Assembly (NCBI GenBank): GCA_017302195.1
Contig: JAFLEG010000001.1
Span: forward strand, 1 to 33,124
Origin: Verrucomicrobiota bacterium
GTDB lineage: Bacteria > Verrucomicrobiota > Verrucomicrobiia > Limisphaerales > UBA9464
Length of the DNA: 33,124 nt
Direction: 5' to 3'
In this document: one piece after another, positions 24,785-33,124 of the stretch
Numbering within the stretch: the stretch's first letter is position 1
How the letters are laid out: each line of letters opens with the position of its first letter
Notes under the pieces: generated by a model
Databases searched by the model: none
What the model was told of the DNA's origin: nothing
What the model saw: the letters and a program-made list of their open reading frames with translations, nothing else
Made by a program: the position numbers and the translations under genes

Positions 24785-24955
24785 GGGACAGGACATCCAT
24801 TCCCGGTTGGGGAACCGGGCGAGCGAGATCCGGTACCCCGGGTGCCACGGGAGCAAACTTGGAGAGGACGTGTTCGTCCATCTCGGCGGCAATCGCCGCG
24901 GGGCAAGCCGCCAGACGTTCCAGGACAACGGCTTGGCGCATGGATGTCCTGTCCC
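24785..24955. repeat. 171-bp element bounded by a perfect 16-bp inverted repeat
   Basis: gggacaggacatccat (24785-24800) is the exact reverse complement of atggatgtcctgtccc (24940-24955). The interior holds several perfect small hairpins, for example cccggtt-gggg-aaccggg at 24802-24819. Confidence 0.85.
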
Positions 24956-25135
24956 CTGCGGTCCGTCTCTTGCGGTCCTCTCAATCACCTTCGCGGTTCG
25001 TGAGGATCCGTGAAAATCAGTGGAATCCGTGTCCTTCCCCGGCTCCCAGACGTCATGCGCCAGAGGCCAGAGGCCGCCCTCAGGCCGGCGGATTCCGGAA
25101 TTGCCCGCTCCGGCCGCCCGCGCACACTCGGGGGC

Positions 25136-25522
25136 ATGGATTCCACGACGCCGGACCAGTTCCGGGAACTGTTTCGCATGCAACGAGCGCTGAATGAGCG
25201 CATCGGCGTGTTCACCGACGGCATGGACGACGCCGCGCGCACGCAGTGGATCCTCAACTACACCCGGGCCATGACCCAGGAGCTGGCTGAACTGACCGAC
25301 AGCGTGCCGTGGAAATGGTGGGCGAAGTACCAGAAGTTCGACGAGCAGAACGCCCGGGTCGAGGTGGTGGACCTGCTCCATTTCCTGATCTCCATGGCCC
25401 AGGTGCTGGGCATGAGTGCTGATGATGTCTTTCAGGCTTACGTGAAGAAGAACGAGGTGAACTTCCGACGCCAGGAGACCGGCTACGCCGCCAAGGATCA
25501 CGAGGACTCAAAGCATATTTGA
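25136..25522 (+). CDS. Dimeric-dUTPase-like (dUTPase_2 / all-alpha NTP pyrophosphohydrolase) protein
   Basis: LFRMQRALNERI...ELAELTDSVPWKWWAKY...EVVDLLHFLISMAQ...YVKKNEVNFRRQETGY follows the motif order I recall from Campylobacter-type dimeric dUTPases. I prefer the ATG at 25136 over the ORF-track start at 25010. Confidence 0.65.
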   Translation: MDSTTPDQFRELFRMQRALNERIGVFTDGMDDAARTQWILNYTRAMTQELAELTDSVPWKWWAKYQKFDEQNARVEVVDLLHFLISMAQVLGMSADDVFQAYVKKNEVNFRRQETGYAAKDHEDSKHI

Positions 25523-25715
25523 GCCGTGGCCGTTCCGCCCCCCCGAAGCGCGATGGCACCAAACCGCCGCGGCGACGCAGGCCCGGGCGCAGCGGTTTCG
25601 TCATGTTGCGGATCGCCGGACAGTCACTCCAGTTCCCCGGCACCCCGCCAGGCCTTCTGACTTCATTCTCTGTGCCTCTGCGTCTCGGTGGTTCCCTGAT
25701 TTTGAAGGCTGCTGA

Positions 25716-26333
25716 ATGGCTCCGGTTTCCATGAAGGCCCCCCGCATTCCGATCGCTGCGCCGGGACGGACTCTGCCACCGCCCGCGCTGCGCCCGGACA
25801 TCGAGTCCGTGCTGCTGTCCCCCGAGCGAATCCGCCGCCGGGTGGCCCGGCTCGGCGATGACCTGACCCGGGAGTTCTCCGGCCGCGAGCTGGTCGTGGT
25901 CGCCATGCTCCACGGCACGGTGGTGTTCCTGGCGGATCTCCTCCGGCACCTGCCGCTGCCGCTCCAACTCGACTTCCTTGCCGGGTCCAGCTACCGCAGC
26001 GGGACGCGTCCCGGCGTGCTCAGGATGACGCGCGAATTGCGGCTCGACGTGCGTGGCCGCGAGGTGCTGATCGTGGATGACATCCTGGACACCGGTCGGA
26101 CGCTTGAGTTCGTGCGGGACCGGATCGCCCGCCTCCGCCCTGCCGGCATCCGCACCTGTGTGCTGCTGGACAAGCCGTCCCGCCGGGAGCGACCGATTCA
26201 GGCGGATCATGTGGGCTTCCAGATCCCCGACGTCTTCGTGGTCGGCTACGGCATGGACCACGACGAGCGCTTCCGGAACCTCCCCTTCGTCGGTGTCCGG
26301 CGGATCACGCCGTTGAAGGGCGACGGCGGCTGA
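25716..26333 (+). CDS. hpt: Hypoxanthine(-guanine) phosphoribosyltransferase
   Basis: PRPP-binding motif VLIVDDILDTGRTL, then DKPSRRE and VVGYGMDHDERFRNLPFVG. An alternative ATG lies at 25731. Confidence 0.9.
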   Translation: MAPVSMKAPRIPIAAPGRTLPPPALRPDIESVLLSPERIRRRVARLGDDLTREFSGRELVVVAMLHGTVVFLADLLRHLPLPLQLDFLAGSSYRSGTRPGVLRMTRELRLDVRGREVLIVDDILDTGRTLEFVRDRIARLRPAGIRTCVLLDKPSRRERPIQADHVGFQIPDVFVVGYGMDHDERFRNLPFVGVRRITPLKGDGG

Positions 26334-26470
26334 AAGGCGGCGGGAATCATTCCCGGATCGGCGCGGAATGGCATCCGGCCCTCCCGGTGCCGCGGTTTTC
26401 CGGCATGGCGACCCAGGCCGCGCCAGACACATTGATTTCCGGCGGCGCACCGTGCGTCCACCCCGCGCTG

Positions 26471-28879
26471 ATGAACCCAGTGAGATTGCACAAAGTCGCC
26501 CCCAGCCAGTTCCTGTCACTGACCGGCCTCGGAAGGCAGTGCCTCTTCCTCGTGCTGATGGCCGGGATGCTCCAGATCGCCGGTGCCGACCCGAACCCGC
26601 CGCCCGCCGGTGCTCTGACGCTCTGGTACCGGCAGCCGGCGCAGCGCTGGCTGGAGGCGCTGCCGGTGGGCAATGGGCGTCTGGGCGCCATGGTCTTCGG
26701 GGGCGTGAAGGAAGAACGCCTGGCGTTGAACGAATCCACCTTCTGGTCGGGAAAGCCGAGTGCCTCGCATGAGAATCCGTCCGGGCGCGGGCATTTGGCA
26801 GCCATCCGGTCCCTGCTCCTCCAGAGAAAATTTGGCGAGGCACAGCCGCTCATCCAGGAGCACCTGCTGGGACGTCCGGAGAACTACGGCACGCATCTTC
26901 CCGTGGGTGACCTGCTCCTCGAAGTTCGCCATCCGGAGGGCGAGGTGACGGATTACCGGCGGGAGCTCGGGCTCGAGGACGCAACGGCCCGGGTGACGTA
27001 CTCCGTGGGCACGGTGCACTACCGGCGCGAGGTCTTCGCCAGTCATCCGGATTCCGTGATCGTGGTCCGGCTGGAGGCGGACAGACCGGGAAGCGTCTCG
27101 TGCCGCATGGGGTTTCATCCGAACCGGGAGCCCTCCCGAGTGCGCACCGAGGGACCGGAGACGCTCGTGGTGGAGGCGGACGCGCGCGAACGTCGTCACA
27201 GCGATGGCCAGTGCGGCGTGTCGCTGGCGGGCCGGATCCGTGTCGTGGCCGAGTCGGGGAGCGTTCGCAACACCGGCGATGCCGTGGAGGTGTCCGGGGC
27301 GGATGCGGCGACGATCGTGGTCGCCTTGAACACCACCCTCCTCCCGGGAGATCCCGCGGCACGGTCGGAGCGCCAGGTGGCGTCCGCCACACGTCGTACC
27401 GCGGCGGCGCTTCATCGGCGCCACCAGGACGAACATCAGACGCTGTTCCGGCGGGTGACCCTGGACCTGGGACGCTCCGCAGCCGATGCGCTGGCCACCG
27501 ATGAGCGCCTGACCCGGTTGCGGGCCGGCGGACTGGATCCCGGCCTCGACGCCCTGTTCTTCCAGTACGGCCGGTATCTGCTCATCGCCGGTTCCCGCGA
27601 GGACTCGCCCCTGCCGACCAATCTCCAGGGTCTGTGGAACGACAACCTGGCCTGCAACATGGGATGGACCTGCGACTTCCATCTCGACATCAACACCCAG
27701 CAGAACTACTGGCCGGCCGAGGTCGGCAATCTCCCGGAATGTCATGAGCCCCTGTTCCGCCTGATCGAAGCCCTGCGGGTTCCGGGACGGCGCACAGCGC
27801 AAGCCGTCTATGGCGCCCGGGGCTGGGTGTGCCATGTCTTCACCAATCCGTGGGGCTTCACGGCGCCGGGTTGGAGCCTGGGCTGGGGCATGCATCCCAC
27901 GGGCGGCATCTGGATCGCGTCCCATCTCTGGGAGCACTATCGCTTCAGCGGCGACCGGGAGTTCCTCAGGGAACGGGCCTATCCGACCCTGAAGGAGGCC
28001 GCCGAGTTCTTCCTCGACACCCTGGTGGAGGATCCGGTGACCGGGTGGCGGGTGACCGGCCCCTCCACCTCGCCGGAGAATACCTTCCTGATTCCGGGCG
28101 GGCAGGGACGCTGCAGCGAGTCCATGGGCCCCACCTGCGACATCGTGCTGGTGCGGGACGTGTTCGTGTCCTGCATCGAGGCCAGTCGGCAGCTCGACAC
28201 GGATGCCGGCTTCCGCAGGCAACTGGAGGACGCCGTGGTCCGGCTTCCGCCCCTGCGCGTGGGCCGGCACGGCCAGTTGATGGAGTGGCTGGAAGACTAC
28301 GAGGAGGCCGAACCGAACCACCGGCACACCACCCACCTGATCGCGCTGCATCCGGGCGGCCAGATCCAGCCCCGCGTCACCCCGGAGCTGGCCGCCGCGG
28401 CCCGGCGGACGATCGAGCGGCGCGTCGGGCGGGCCGACTGGGAGGATGTCGAGTGGAGCCGGGGCAACCTGATCAACTACTTCGCCCGCCTCGGCGATGG
28501 CGAGGAGGCCCACCGGCAGCTCCAGGGATTGCTGAAGGCGGCCACCGATGCCGACCTCCTGACGTATTCACGCTCCGGTGTGGCCGGAGCGGCGGACAAC
28601 ATCTTCTGCGTGGACGGCAACAGCGCCGGCGCCGCGGGGATCGCCGAGATGCTCCTGCAGAGCCACGGTGATGGCGTCGAGCTCCTGCCGGCCCTGCCCT
28701 CCGCCTGGCCCGCGGGACGCGTCACCGGACTCCGCGCCCGGGGCAACCTCACCGTGGATCTCGAATGGAGCCACGGCCGTCTGCTCACCTATCGACTGCG
28801 CTCCCCGGGACCCCCGCGCAGTGTGCCGGTGCGGGTCCAGGGCACCACGCTCCAGACCCGGACCACCCCGCTGCATTGA
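26471..28879 (+). CDS. Glycoside hydrolase family 95 protein (alpha-L-fucosidase-type), secreted
   Basis: N-terminal LWYRQPAQRWLEALPVGNGRLGAMVFGG...LNESTFWSG, then NLQGLWND and FHLDINTQQNYWPAE, as in GH95. Signal-like N-terminus follows the ATG at 26471. Confidence 0.85.
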   Translation: MNPVRLHKVAPSQFLSLTGLGRQCLFLVLMAGMLQIAGADPNPPPAGALTLWYRQPAQRWLEALPVGNGRLGAMVFGGVKEERLALNESTFWSGKPSASHENPSGRGHLAAIRSLLLQRKFGEAQPLIQEHLLGRPENYGTHLPVGDLLLEVRHPEGEVTDYRRELGLEDATARVTYSVGTVHYRREVFASHPDSVIVVRLEADRPGSVSCRMGFHPNREPSRVRTEGPETLVVEADARERRHSDGQCGVSLAGRIRVVAESGSVRNTGDAVEVSGADAATIVVALNTTLLPGDPAARSERQVASATRRTAAALHRRHQDEHQTLFRRVTLDLGRSAADALATDERLTRLRAGGLDPGLDALFFQYGRYLLIAGSREDSPLPTNLQGLWNDNLACNMGWTCDFHLDINTQQNYWPAEVGNLPECHEPLFRLIEALRVPGRRTAQAVYGARGWVCHVFTNPWGFTAPGWSLGWGMHPTGGIWIASHLWEHYRFSGDREFLRERAYPTLKEAAEFFLDTLVEDPVTGWRVTGPSTSPENTFLIPGGQGRCSESMGPTCDIVLVRDVFVSCIEASRQLDTDAGFRRQLEDAVVRLPPLRVGRHGQLMEWLEDYEEAEPNHRHTTHLIALHPGGQIQPRVTPELAAAARRTIERRVGRADWEDVEWSRGNLINYFARLGDGEEAHRQLQGLLKAATDADLLTYSRSGVAGAADNIFCVDGNSAGAAGIAEMLLQSHGDGVELLPALPSAWPAGRVTGLRARGNLTVDLEWSHGRLLTYRLRSPGPPRSVPVRVQGTTLQTRTTPLH

Positions 28880-28936
28880 GGGAGGCGCCGCGGGAGGGAC
28901 GAGGTGCCCGAGTCCCCGTCCAGATCCGCTCCGCTT

Positions 28937-29190
28937 GTGGACGAATGACGCGCATCGCGGGAAGCGCCAACGCGCCGACCTCTCCCCTGTTCCCCGGAGT
29001 GACTCCACACGCGCAGCGGCCAGATATGGGGGCGTGCGGAAGCCCGCCCCTACCAGGCGTTGGTAGGGTCGTGTTCCATCCGCGACCCCATGTGAGCCCG
29101 CCACTCTCGTGGACCGATGACGCGCATCGCGGGAAGTGCCAACGCGCAACGCGTCTCCCCGGTTCCCCGCAGCGACTCCACGCGCAGTGG
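28937..29190. repeat. Two direct copies of an ~82-bp intergenic repeat
   Basis: Copy 1 is 28937-29019 and copy 2 is 29109-29190, roughly 85% identical by eye (gtggac..atgacgcgcatcgcgggaag.gccaacgcgc...tcccc.gttccccg.ag.gactccac.cgcgcag.gg). Confidence 0.8.
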
Positions 29191-29411
29191 AGGAGGTCAG
29201 GGACTCGCAAAGTTCGTCCCTGAGCAATGCTCATTCCTCTGCGCCCTCTGTGACCTCCGTGTGAGCTTCTCCTTGCCTGAACCCCGCATGCAGGCGCCGC
29301 CACCGGCATCTTGTGAGTGCACCGCCATGCGCGCCGGAAGGCAAAACGCTGGCGTCGCGGGCCGGGGCCGCCCTACGCTGCCGCAGTCCGCCGTTTTTCC
29401 CTGCTCCCGTC

Positions 29412-30395
29412 ATGCCAGAAACTTCCAAGTCGGCCGATCTGTACATCGGTGTGGATCTCGGCGGCACCAAGATCCTGGCCGGGGTGTTCACGCCCCAGTT
29501 GAAGCTGCTGCAGACCGCCAAGCTGAGCACCAAGGCGGACCGCGGTTTTGACGCGGTGCTCGAACGCATTGACCGCTGCGTGCGGGATGCCGTGGACGAG
29601 GCGGACATGAGCCTGAAGCAGGTGCGCGGCGTCGGCATCGGCGCGCCGGGCGCGGTGAATCCCGAGAACGGCGAGGTCATCTTTGCCCCCAATCTCGACT
29701 GGCGGGACGCGCCGCTGAAGAAGGAGCTGGAGAAGCGGCTGGATCTGCCGGTGTTCGTCGAGAACGACTGCAATGCCTGCACCCTGGGCGTCCACGAGGT
29801 GGAGCTGAAGGGCAAGCCCCGGAACATGCTGGGCCTGTTTCTCGGCACCGGCATCGGCGGCGGACTGATCCTCGAAGGCGAGCTGTACCGCGGATTCAAC
29901 GGCACCGCCGGGGAGATCGGCCACATGGTGCTGCAGGTGGGTGGTCCCAAGTGCGGCTGTGGCAACAACGGATGCTTCGAGGCGCTGGCCAGCCGCACGG
30001 CCATCTTCCGGGACATCCAGCAGCGGGTGAAGGATGGGCAGAAGACCATCCTCTCGGAGTGGCTCGACGGGGATCTGTCGGAGCTGCGCAGCGGCGACCT
30101 GCGCAAGGCGATCCGCAAGGGGGACAAGCTGGTGGAGAAGGTGATCGAGGACGCCGCCGAGTTCACCGGCATCGCGGTGGCCAACCTGATCAATGTCTTC
30201 AACCCCGGGGTGATCGTGCTGGGCGGCGGGGTGATTGATGCGCTGGAGGACGAGATGATGGCCATCATCGTGGAGACCGCCATGGACTCCGCCATGCCGG
30301 GCACCACCAAGGGGATCGAGATTCTGGCGTCCGACCTGGGCGACAACGCCGGCATCACCGGCGGGGCGGTGCTGGCGCGGCGGCGGTTGAAGTGA
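29412..30395 (+). CDS. ROK family sugar kinase (glucokinase-like)
   Basis: GVDLGGTK, VENDCNA, GTGIGGG and the zinc motif GHM...CGCGNNGCFEALAS. Start taken at the ATG at 29412. Confidence 0.9.
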   Translation: MPETSKSADLYIGVDLGGTKILAGVFTPQLKLLQTAKLSTKADRGFDAVLERIDRCVRDAVDEADMSLKQVRGVGIGAPGAVNPENGEVIFAPNLDWRDAPLKKELEKRLDLPVFVENDCNACTLGVHEVELKGKPRNMLGLFLGTGIGGGLILEGELYRGFNGTAGEIGHMVLQVGGPKCGCGNNGCFEALASRTAIFRDIQQRVKDGQKTILSEWLDGDLSELRSGDLRKAIRKGDKLVEKVIEDAAEFTGIAVANLINVFNPGVIVLGGGVIDALEDEMMAIIVETAMDSAMPGTTKGIEILASDLGDNAGITGGAVLARRRLK

Positions 30396-30401
30396 CGGGG
30401 C

Positions 30402-31013
30402 TCACCAGCGGCCGAGGGCGGCGCGCAGGGCCTCGACGGGCAGGCCGATCACGTTGGTCAGGGAACCTTCCACGCGCTCGATGATCAGGTCCCCGTGTTC
30501 CTGAACGGCATAGGCGCCCGCCTTGTCCAGCACGTCCACATGGCGGAGATATTCCGCGATGACCGCGGCGTCCAGGAGGCGGAACTTCACATGGCTGGCC
30601 TCCGAGAGCAGCCGCATGCGGTTCGCCCGGGCGTGGACCAGGCAGACGCCGGTGATCACCTCGTGGGTGCGCCCTGAGAGCCGCTCCAGCATGGCGCGCG
30701 CGGCACCGGGGTCGGCAGGCTTGGACAGCGGCGCGCCGTCGAGAAAGACCAGGGTGTCCGCCCCGACGATGAGGTGGTCGGGGAAGCGCTCCGACAGCGC
30801 CAGGGCCTTGCGCTGGGCGTTCAGCTCGCAGAGGCGGCGGGAGCCCAGGGAACCGTCCTCCAGTTCGACCGCATTCGAGGGCACCGTGACAAATCCGGGC
30901 AGGATGCGGCGCAGCAGCTCCACCCGACGCGGGGACCGCGAGGCGAGCAGCACCGGAGGCAGGTGGCTGAACGCCGAGCCGGCCGGAGACGCTTCTTCCG
31001 GAGTGGTGCTCAT
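30402..31013 (-). CDS. maf: Maf family nucleoside-triphosphate pyrophosphatase
   Basis: LLASRSPRRVELL, VGADTLV and DKAGAYAVQEHG motifs. The ATG at 31013 overlaps the upstream stop codon (ATGA). The ORF-track extension to 31310 is not protein-like. Confidence 0.9.
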   Translation of the reverse strand: MSTTPEEASPAGSAFSHLPPVLLASRSPRRVELLRRILPGFVTVPSNAVELEDGSLGSRRLCELNAQRKALALSERFPDHLIVGADTLVFLDGAPLSKPADPGAARAMLERLSGRTHEVITGVCLVHARANRMRLLSEASHVKFRLLDAAVIAEYLRHVDVLDKAGAYAVQEHGDLIIERVEGSLTNVIGLPVEALRAALGRW

Positions 31014-33124
31014 GGAGCAGATGTCGGCTCCGGCATCACCGACCCCAGAATCCGGCGGGCGTGGTACTCCAGCAGCGGTTCCCGGTACCGGGCGGTCGGG
31101 CCCAGGAAGCCGTTCTGCGCCGATTCCTTCACCACCTGGACCGCAGTGGGCAGTTGGCCGCGCTTCTCGAAGAGCAGCAGCATCCGTGCGATTACCTGCC
31201 GCGGCGCCCGCGGATCCAGCTCGAACTCCCGGGAGCTCGAATCCTCGGCGGACGCGGCAAAGGTCTGCCTGGCCATGGCCAGGAACGGCTCCTCCTGTCC
31301 GCGGTCCCAAAGCACCTCCGCCAACCGCGCCCGATGGGTGCGCCGCTGGTCCGTATCGGCCTCAATCAGGGCGCCCAGCACCGCCTCCAGTTCCCCGGTG
31401 TCGGGCAGGTAGTACGCCGTCCGCCGCGTGCGATGCCGGTCCATGAGCGCGGCCGCCTGCTCGCGCATCAGCACCACATTGCCCTGCTCCCGGGCCAGTC
31501 GAAACTCCGGACGGCTGCCCAGCGAGGAGGCCAGCAGGTCGGGCAGCGGCACCTGGGAATCAATGGAGATGAGCAGCGTCAGCGGCTCCACGTTGGTGGC
31601 GCCGAGGTCCAGCCAGCGCCAGACCTGGGAACGGAAGACGGCCGGATCGGGGATGGATGAGGCGCGGAACAGCTCCGCGGCCGAGCCGAAGTCCGCCGGG
31701 GTCATGTCGGCCGGCCGCCGGACCTGGTTGAGCAGCATGCGCGGACTCCGCTGCCGGGGTTCGGACAGTTGCAGCAGCTTGGTCGCCCCGCCCCGCTGGA
31801 AGAACGCGCGCTGCGCCTCGTACTCCAGCACCGGCTTGAAGTCGCTGTGCACCGGCGTCTCGGGCTCGGTCTCCGGCAGGTAGGCCGCATCGCCGTGCGG
31901 GATGAGTTCCTGCATCAGGAGCGTGGTGAGGTTCTGCACGCCCACCCGGGCGAGATCGGCGCGCACCACCGGGTCGTTGAAGCTGCGTTCAAAGGACGAA
32001 AGATCCGGCTTCCGCGGCGTCAGGGAGCCGACCAGGAGCAGGTCCCCCGCGCCGGCCTGCCAGACCCCGACGTACGGAAACACCGAACTGAAGGTGTTGA
32101 CCACCATGTCCACGATCCGGTCGTTGGTCTCATAGACCTGGAGCCACTGGGCGACGATGCCGCCCGGCTTGAGGCGTGCGGCGCAATCCTGGTAATACTC
32201 GTGACTGAACACCGCGGCCACGCCTGCCATCCAGGGATTCGACGGCTCGGTGACGATGACGTCATAGCGGTTGGGGGTGGCGCGCAGGAAGGTCTTGGCG
32301 TCCTCCACCGCCAGGTGCACGCGCGGGTCGTCCAGCGCGTGATTGTTCACCGGACCGAAGAATGTCCGGGCCACCTCCGACACCTCGGGCGAGATCTCCA
32401 CCACGTCCACGTTGGTCACCGCCTGGTGGCAGAGGATGGCGCCGACGGTGACGCCGCTGCCGATGCCCACCACCAGCGCGTCGGTGGCGCCCGGACTGAG
32501 CATCATCGGGATCTGGCCGGTCAGCACCTGGGTGGACATGTCGCCGACCGAGGTGGCGTCCGTCTTGCCATTGACCGTGAGCGAGAGCTGTTCGCGTCCG
32601 TTCGACAACTGGTCGGCGATCACCGCCACCGTCGAGCCGGCGCCGTCCCGGTGATACTTCAGGTTGAGGCGGTCCACGATGTCGCGATAGGCCTGCACCG
32701 TCGGCGGCGCCACGCCGCCCCGCCACATGCCGAACGAAAAGGCCCGCCGCCAGCGGGGCTCCAGGCTGGAGGCGCCCAGGAACGACACCACCAGCACCAG
32801 AGCCGGCGCGATCCAGACCAGGCGGTTGCCGGGATACCGCTGCACCAGGATGGCGGTGCCGATCAGGGCATTGAGCGCGATGCCGATGGCGAAGGTATGG
32901 GCGAGTCCGAAGTAGGGCAGGAAGACGAGCCCGCCCAGCACCGCCCCGAGCACGGTGCCAATGGTGTTCACGGCAAACACCTTTCCGACGGACCGTCCGG
33001 TGACCGACAGCGCGGCGGTGGCAACGCGGCTGGCCAGCGGCAGGGTGGTGCCCAGGCAGAGGGCGGGCAGGAACATGACGGCGAAGCAGATCAGGGCCTG
33101 ACACAGCTCGTAGAGCGTGTAGGC
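31010..33124 (-). CDS. Fused membrane-domain / spermidine-synthase-like (polyamine aminopropyltransferase fold) protein with long C-terminal helical domain; 5' end outside the window
   Basis: Hydrophobic N-terminal segments. SAM-fold motifs VVGIGSGVT and DVIVTEPSNPW. The frame stays open through 33124 with no stop. Confidence 0.8.
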   Translation of the reverse strand, partial: AYTLYELCQALICFAVMFLPALCLGTTLPLASRVATAALSVTGRSVGKVFAVNTIGTVLGAVLGGLVFLPYFGLAHTFAIGIALNALIGTAILVQRYPGNRLVWIAPALVLVVSFLGASSLEPRWRRAFSFGMWRGGVAPPTVQAYRDIVDRLNLKYHRDGAGSTVAVIADQLSNGREQLSLTVNGKTDATSVGDMSTQVLTGQIPMMLSPGATDALVVGIGSGVTVGAILCHQAVTNVDVVEISPEVSEVARTFFGPVNNHALDDPRVHLAVEDAKTFLRATPNRYDVIVTEPSNPWMAGVAAVFSHEYYQDCAARLKPGGIVAQWLQVYETNDRIVDMVVNTFSSVFPYVGVWQAGAGDLLLVGSLTPRKPDLSSFERSFNDPVVRADLARVGVQNLTTLLMQELIPHGDAAYLPETEPETPVHSDFKPVLEYEAQRAFFQRGGATKLLQLSEPRQRSPRMLLNQVRRPADMTPADFGSAAELFRASSIPDPAVFRSQVWRWLDLGATNVEPLTLLISIDSQVPLPDLLASSLGSRPEFRLAREQGNVVLMREQAAALMDRHRTRRTAYYLPDTGELEAVLGALIEADTDQRRTHRARLAEVLWDRGQEEPFLAMARQTFAASAEDSSSREFELDPRAPRQVIARMLLLFEKRGQLPTAVQVVKESAQNGFLGPTARYREPLLEYHARRILGSVMPEPTSAP

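Noticed and set aside
24747-24941. 64-aa minus-strand ORF (MRQAVVLERLAACPAAIAAEMDEHVLSKF...) inside the inverted-repeat element; weak resemblance to toxin/antitoxin-type N-termini.
   Set aside because: Too short and too weakly similar to call. The C-terminal part looks non-protein-like, and the ORF may be a by-product of the repeat structure.
24431-25501. 356-aa minus-strand ORF bridging the GloVer gene end, the intergenic gap and the dUTPase-like gene.
   Set aside because: It overlaps two better-supported plus-strand genes, and its translation is R/P/G-rich without motifs.
26341-26355. Short palindrome cgggaat-c-attcccg just after the hpt stop, considered as a terminator.
   Set aside because: The stem is only 6-7 bp with a minimal loop and no U-tract, which is too weak to report as a feature.

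Overview
High-GC bacterial chromosomal fragment; hand-counted samples give about 65-70% G+C. The gene content points to the PVC superphylum, most likely Verrucomicrobiota: a DUF1592/DUF1552 pair, a GloVer-repeat protein, a 1754-aa S8 protease, a GH95 enzyme and a fused membrane/spermidine-synthase-like protein. I support 19 coding regions. Positions 809-12419 form a single minus-strand block: secreted orphan protein, O-antigen-ligase/TPR fusion, DUF1552, DUF1592, small HTH regulator, DUF2975-like membrane protein and a PafA-like phosphatase. Next come a beta-propeller gene that appears split by a frameshift and the giant subtilase. A modestly lower-GC stretch (about 58%) holds a short nucleotidyltransferase-like ORF, a GmrSD-type DUF262/DUF1524 nuclease and the GloVer-repeat protein. 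The remainder is housekeeping: dimeric-dUTPase-like, hpt, GH95, ROK kinase, maf, and a spermidine-synthase-like gene running off the window. I found no rRNA, tRNA, CRISPR array, transposase, integrase or recombinase. Five things are not explained by the gene list. (1) The first ~555 nt are only ~38% GC with stop-rich low-complexity repeats, which suggests a chimeric join or foreign DNA. (2) Several intergenic repeat families occur (30-bp tandem, 7-bp tandem, ~82-bp direct, short dispersed motifs). (3) A 171-bp element is closed by a perfect 16-bp inverted repeat. (4) A 19-bp perfect palindrome lies upstream of the DUF2975/HTH pair. (5) The propeller gene carries an apparent frameshift. I do not see a clear-cut novel multi-gene system. 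The best candidates for follow-up are the GmrSD-containing lower-GC stretch with its flanking repeat structures and the functionally unassigned DUF1592/DUF1552 cassette. All domain calls come from motif recognition by eye, not database searches.
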